Shown here: in pieces, positions 28,470 to 32,000 of the stretch | Position numbering within the stretch: the first letter of the stretch is position 1 | How the letters are laid out: each line of letters starts with the position of its first letter | Assembly (NCBI RefSeq): GCF_008000775.2 | Contig: NZ_CP042905.2 | Coordinates: 4,170,001 to 4,202,000, forward strand | From: Promethearchaeum syntrophicum | Lineage (GTDB): Archaea; Asgardarchaeota; Lokiarchaeia; Sigyniarchaeales; Promethearchaeaceae | DNA length: 32,000 nt | Reading direction: 5' to 3' | The notes under the pieces: generated by a model | What the model saw: the letters and a program-made list of their open reading frames with translations, nothing else | The model's database searches: none | What the model was told of the DNA's origin: nothing | Program-made: the position numbers and the translations under genes

Positions 28470-29462
28470 ATGAAAGCGGTTATATGGACAAAATATGGAT
28501 CACCGGAGGTTCTTCAGCTTAAAGAGACAGTAAAACCTAAACCAAAGAAAAATGAAGTTCTTATCAAAATATATGCAACAACAGCTTATGCTGGTGATTG
28601 TGAGATGCGGAGTCTGAAATTTTCTTTCTGGTTACGTCTTCTCATGCGATTATTTATTGGTGTAAGAAAACCAAAACGAGTAACTGTGCTAGGCCAGGAG
28701 TTAGCAGGAGAAGTTGAGACAGTAGGTAAAGATGTAAAAAGGTTTAAAAAAGGTGATAAGATATTTGGAGCAACAGGTTTTGGGTTTGGTGCCTACGCCG
28801 AGTATATTTGCATGCCGGAAAAAAGTTTAGAAGAGGTGGTAGCAATAAAACCGGCCAATATGACCTATAAGGAAGCCGCCACGGTTCCTGTTGGGGGATT
28901 AAATGCGCTTTATTTTCTTAGAAAAGGAAACATCCAGAGAGGACAAAAGATTTTAATTAATGGTGCCGCTGGAAGCATAGGTACTATAGCGATACAACTT
29001 GCCAAGTACTTTGGGGCTGAAGTGACTGCCGTAGATAGCACGAAGAAATTGGATATGCTACGTTCCATTGGTGCAGATCATGTCATTGATTACACTCAAG
29101 AGAACTTCTCCAAAATGAGTGGGAAATATGATGTGATTTTTGATGTAGTGAGTAAAGGTTCGTTTTCGAGTGGTATAAAATCACTAAATAAAAAAGGAAT
29201 CTATTTATTAGCTAATTCTTCAATATCGAGAAGTATTCGAGGTCTATTGATCTCAATAACAAGCAGTAAAAAAGTAATAGGTGGCACAGTGACATATAAA
29301 ACTGAAGATTTAATTTTCCTCAAAGAGCTAATTGAGGCGGGAAATATAAAATCTGTTATTGATAGACTTTATCCATTAGCTCAGATTACTAAGGCACACC
29401 GGTATGTTGATAACGGACAGAAAATCGGAAATGTTGTAATAACTGTAGCTCATGATCACTGA
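28470..29462 (+). CDS. NAD(P)-dependent medium-chain dehydrogenase/reductase (quinone oxidoreductase-like)
   Basis: MKAVIWTKYGSPEVLQLKE; GQELAGEVETVGKDVKRFKKGDKIFG; GQKILINGAAGSIGTIAIQLAKYFGAEVTAV. Confidence 0.95.
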   Translation: MKAVIWTKYGSPEVLQLKETVKPKPKKNEVLIKIYATTAYAGDCEMRSLKFSFWLRLLMRLFIGVRKPKRVTVLGQELAGEVETVGKDVKRFKKGDKIFGATGFGFGAYAEYICMPEKSLEEVVAIKPANMTYKEAATVPVGGLNALYFLRKGNIQRGQKILINGAAGSIGTIAIQLAKYFGAEVTAVDSTKKLDMLRSIGADHVIDYTQENFSKMSGKYDVIFDVVSKGSFSSGIKSLNKKGIYLLANSSISRSIRGLLISITSSKKVIGGTVTYKTEDLIFLKELIEAGNIKSVIDRLYPLAQITKAHRYVDNGQKIGNVVITVAHDH

Positions 29463-29672
29463 ACTGAATAGTTTCAAATAACACAAATTTTGAACAACGA
29501 TAATACTTTTTTCTTAAGTTTTTCCAAAATAATTTGGTAGCGAGTGAAAACCAGTGATCATTTAGATGAAAAAAACCTACTTACCCATGAATTTGAAATA
29601 AGAATAGGGAGAAAACCATCCCAAACTCTTTAAATATAATTGGGTCGGTTAAGAGGTTAGGGTAAAATTTCA

Positions 29673-29774
29673 ATGAATAAACTAAAAATCGAAAAAATTA
29701 ATAAAACCGCTGAAAGGATTGAATTTAATAAAGAATTATCTGAAAAATTAAAGAAATTTCGAAAGTTCAATTAA
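29673..29774 (+). CDS. Possible 33-aa basic small protein
   Basis: ATG...TAA encoding MNKLKIEKINKTAERIEFNKELSEKLKKFRKFN; ctttaaatata TATA-like element about 40 nt upstream; ends convergently on the MarR gene 3' end. Confidence 0.3.
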   Translation: MNKLKIEKINKTAERIEFNKELSEKLKKFRKFN

Positions 29775-30226
29775 ACTTTCTTTTTTAGTAGGATTTTGAA
29801 AATTTGTATTATTAACTCTTTATCTTTTTCCTTAATTATTTTTAATGGTTCTTCAAATATATGAGAGATATAATCGAAGAATGAAGAAAATGCTTTCCTT
29901 CCATTCCGTGTTAATTTTATAATAGTTTTCCTTTTATCTTTCTTAGATATCCTTCTTATTAACAGCTGTTTTTTTACTAAATATCCGACTCTTCTTGTCG
30001 CTGTGCTATTAGGTAATCCCGTAGCATGAATAATATCTTTCATTGAACATTCTTCTTTGTATCCTACTACGTGAATTATTAAGATATCCTTTCCGATAGT
30101 TAACCGGGTTTCTTTTTTTTCTTTGTTCAAATATATTATTTGAAAACTATCTATTTCATTGATAGTTTGGGAAATTATCTCCGAAAAGAGTTTAAGAATT
30201 TCTACATTATGTTCTGAGGTTTCCAA
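29771..30226 (-). CDS. MarR-family winged-helix transcriptional regulator
   Basis: CSMKDIIHATGLPNSTATRRVGYLVKKQLLIRRISKKDKRKTIIKLTRNGRKAFSSFF. Confidence 0.85.
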   Translation of the reverse strand: METSEHNVEILKLFSEIISQTINEIDSFQIIYLNKEKKETRLTIGKDILIIHVVGYKEECSMKDIIHATGLPNSTATRRVGYLVKKQLLIRRISKKDKRKTIIKLTRNGRKAFSSFFDYISHIFEEPLKIIKEKDKELIIQIFKILLKKKV

Positions 30227-30298
30227 TTTAAAATCATTTCTCGTTAATTCTCTAATAAATAATCTTTCATGTCAAGAAAACTACTAGATTTTAAATAA

Positions 30299-30307
30299 TA
30301 TTTCCAT
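30299..30307. promoter_or_regulatory. Repeated half-site TATTTCCAT
   Basis: Identical to the left arm of the 30349-30367 palindrome, 50 bp away, abutting a TATA-like tttaaaataata on the minus strand side. Confidence 0.45.
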
Positions 30308-30348
30308 TTCGGAACCTTTAAATATTTCTAAAACAAGAAGAATATAGA

Positions 30349-30367
30349 TATTTCCATAATGGAAATA
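30349..30367. promoter_or_regulatory. 19-bp perfect palindrome TATTTCCAT-A-ATGGAAATA, candidate operator
   Basis: 9-bp arms around a single central A, lying between divergent genes 29771..30226 (-) and 30390..30827 (+). Confidence 0.65.
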
Positions 30368-30389
30368 ATTTTTTTTTAAGGTGATTATA

Positions 30390-30827
30390 ATGGATAAAAT
30401 CAAAATAAAAATGATATTTATAAAGATAGCTTATATTGTGGGCATAATTTTAGATGGACTTTTAGGAATTGATATGTTTTTATATACTTTTTTAGGAAAA
30501 TCTATATATTTACATAATCAAAATATTCCAATTTCAAGTAATGAAACTCAACCTGTAATGATGTTTGGAACAGCATTAATGATAGGATGGACTATATTAT
30601 TAGGATGGGGTTTACATAAACCTATAGAAAGAAAAGGAACACTAATTATTACGGCGTTTCCTGTTGTATTCCTCTACCTAATATATGATATATTTCAATA
30701 TATTAATGATATATCGATAACTGATCCAAGTTCAAAAATTGTAGTAATGATCATAAGATGCGGTCTTATTATTCTAATGATGGTAGCATATATTTTTGCT
30801 AATCAAGTGAAAGAAAGAAAAAAATGA
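30390..30827 (+). CDS. Predicted 4-TM membrane protein, unknown function
   Basis: Four hydrophobic segments; ATG 30390 with aaggtga SD at 30379-30384 preferred over GTG 30381. Confidence 0.75.
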   Translation: MDKIKIKMIFIKIAYIVGIILDGLLGIDMFLYTFLGKSIYLHNQNIPISSNETQPVMMFGTALMIGWTILLGWGLHKPIERKGTLIITAFPVVFLYLIYDIFQYINDISITDPSSKIVVMIIRCGLIILMMVAYIFANQVKERKK

Positions 30828-30880
30828 AACTAGGATTTCACTTTTTTTTTTTAGATGAATTCTGAAACCCCATTCATTTA

Positions 30881-32000
30881 TTATTCAAAATTATTATAAA
30901 AGATTGGATTTTGTGCTTGCAATAAAGTATAGGGAACTCCGGGACGCTTTTTGACCAATTTTTTAATCAAGAGTGTTTTTAACGCGGGAATTCTTTCAAT
31001 TGTTCTCCCGATTTTATAAAAATTTGTATTTAACAAAGTGGTTGCTATTACAATAATCGAATTTATATTAGGGGTTGAAATTGAGATATATTTTCCAATA
31101 GATGAGAGTGGCACCAACCCTGTTGGAATATCTTCCGTCAAATATCTGACTCTTAAGCTTACTGGAGCTTTAATATTTTTATAACTCTCTATTTGATGAA
31201 AAACTTCATAATAATCAGTAGCTTTACAACCATACACTCTATTTGCCCATTTTATAAGAGAGATTGGCTTTACACCAATATATCTTAAAATTTTACACCT
31301 TTCTTGATCAACTTTTTCAACTAAATTAGCGATTTTTTTAGATATACCCTCTTCATAGAAATGGAAATCAGATTTCCGGGTTATTGAACCTGCATTCAGA
31401 ACCGTTATAACTGGATGGATTACAGCACCAATATTATTTAGACTTGTCTCTCTAATATCATCGACTAGATTAAACTCAGGGAAGATAGAATTAATTATTG
31501 GGAACAGTATTTTATTATCCTCTTCGGGATAAAAACAGAAATCAACTGAGTTTTTAATTTTTAATATCGAAACTCCGAAATCATGAATTTTTCTACAAGT
31601 AAACAATAAAGTTTGCGTTTCTCCTACATGAATTTGCAATTTAGGACGATTATTTTTTATTGCATTATATACTTCAACGGCACCCCAAGTTCTTCCAGGA
31701 TTTAGAATAATTATTTGATTATTCTTCAGATATGGAAGAATTTCTTTAGTAATGCTAAGATGTGCAGAAGCAGGGACGACATATAGGATAATATCGGCAT
31801 TCTCTATCGCTTTTTTATAGTTATTTGTTATCATTTTGAGTTTATGAGATCCGGATATATAACCAAAGGATAAGATTGTTTTGCTGCTTTTAATATTTTC
31901 AACATATTTTGAAGATCTATAGAGAAGGGTTACATCATGACCTAATCGACTTAAATAAACGGCGAAAGCTCTTCCACCATTTCCCGCACCAATAATTGTT
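30881..32000 (-). CDS. Octopine/nopaline (opine) dehydrogenase-like NAD(P)-binding protein, N-terminus runs off window
   Basis: The minus frame remains open from 31834 to the window end: TIIGAGNGGRAFAVYLSRLGHDVTLLYRSSKYVE... (GxGxxG Rossmann), then ADIILYVVPASAHLSITKEILPYLKNNQIIILNPGRTWGAVE; catalytic-domain-like HPVITVLNAG. Confidence 0.88.
   Translation of the reverse strand, partial: TIIGAGNGGRAFAVYLSRLGHDVTLLYRSSKYVENIKSSKTILSFGYISGSHKLKMITNNYKKAIENADIILYVVPASAHLSITKEILPYLKNNQIIILNPGRTWGAVEVYNAIKNNRPKLQIHVGETQTLLFTCRKIHDFGVSILKIKNSVDFCFYPEEDNKILFPIINSIFPEFNLVDDIRETSLNNIGAVIHPVITVLNAGSITRKSDFHFYEEGISKKIANLVEKVDQERCKILRYIGVKPISLIKWANRVYGCKATDYYEVFHQIESYKNIKAPVSLRVRYLTEDIPTGLVPLSSIGKYISISTPNINSIIVIATTLLNTNFYKIGRTIERIPALKTLLIKKLVKKRPGVPYTLLQAQNPIFYNNFE

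Noticed and set aside
1-32000. CRISPR arrays, rRNA and tRNA genes
   Set aside because: No regularly spaced short repeats and no tRNA-like TPsiC/anticodon-arm sequence recognised by eye; a tRNAscan-SE/Infernal run would be needed to exclude intron-containing tRNAs or small RNAs.

Overview
The window reads as an AT-rich archaeal chromosomal segment. It is very likely Asgard/Lokiarchaeia-like, inferred from a roadblock-small GTPase fusion, unsplit RpoB, Cbf5, RpoH, TFE, RIO2 kinase and an Sm-like protein. Other recognisable genes are an MFS transporter, an isochorismatase-like hydrolase, a SpoU/TrmJ-type methyltransferase, an AhpD-like protein, cyclophilin, several SAM methyltransferases, a glyoxalase-fold protein, an Ntn amidohydrolase, a membrane-anchored PLD-like protein, AIM24, an ABC-2 transporter, an MDR oxidoreductase, MarR/ArsR/RHH regulators and an edge-truncated opine-dehydrogenase-like protein. 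The observations most worth pursuing are: (1) a tandem array of at least five paralogous membrane proteins (1-3018, minus strand) that alternate between two subtypes (I-II-I-II-I) and match no family I recognise; (2) a small beta-grasp/ubiquitin-like candidate ending in Gly-Gly-Ser (16652-16969), located between TFE and cyclophilin/RIO2; (3) a roadblock + Ras/Rab-like GTPase fusion; (4) a TFE gene whose best start looks non-canonical (ATT, 15998) behind an SD-like element; (5) a 19-bp perfect palindrome plus a repeated half-site between a divergent MarR regulator and a 4-TM protein. I found no CRISPR array, rRNA, convincing tRNA or intact transposase.
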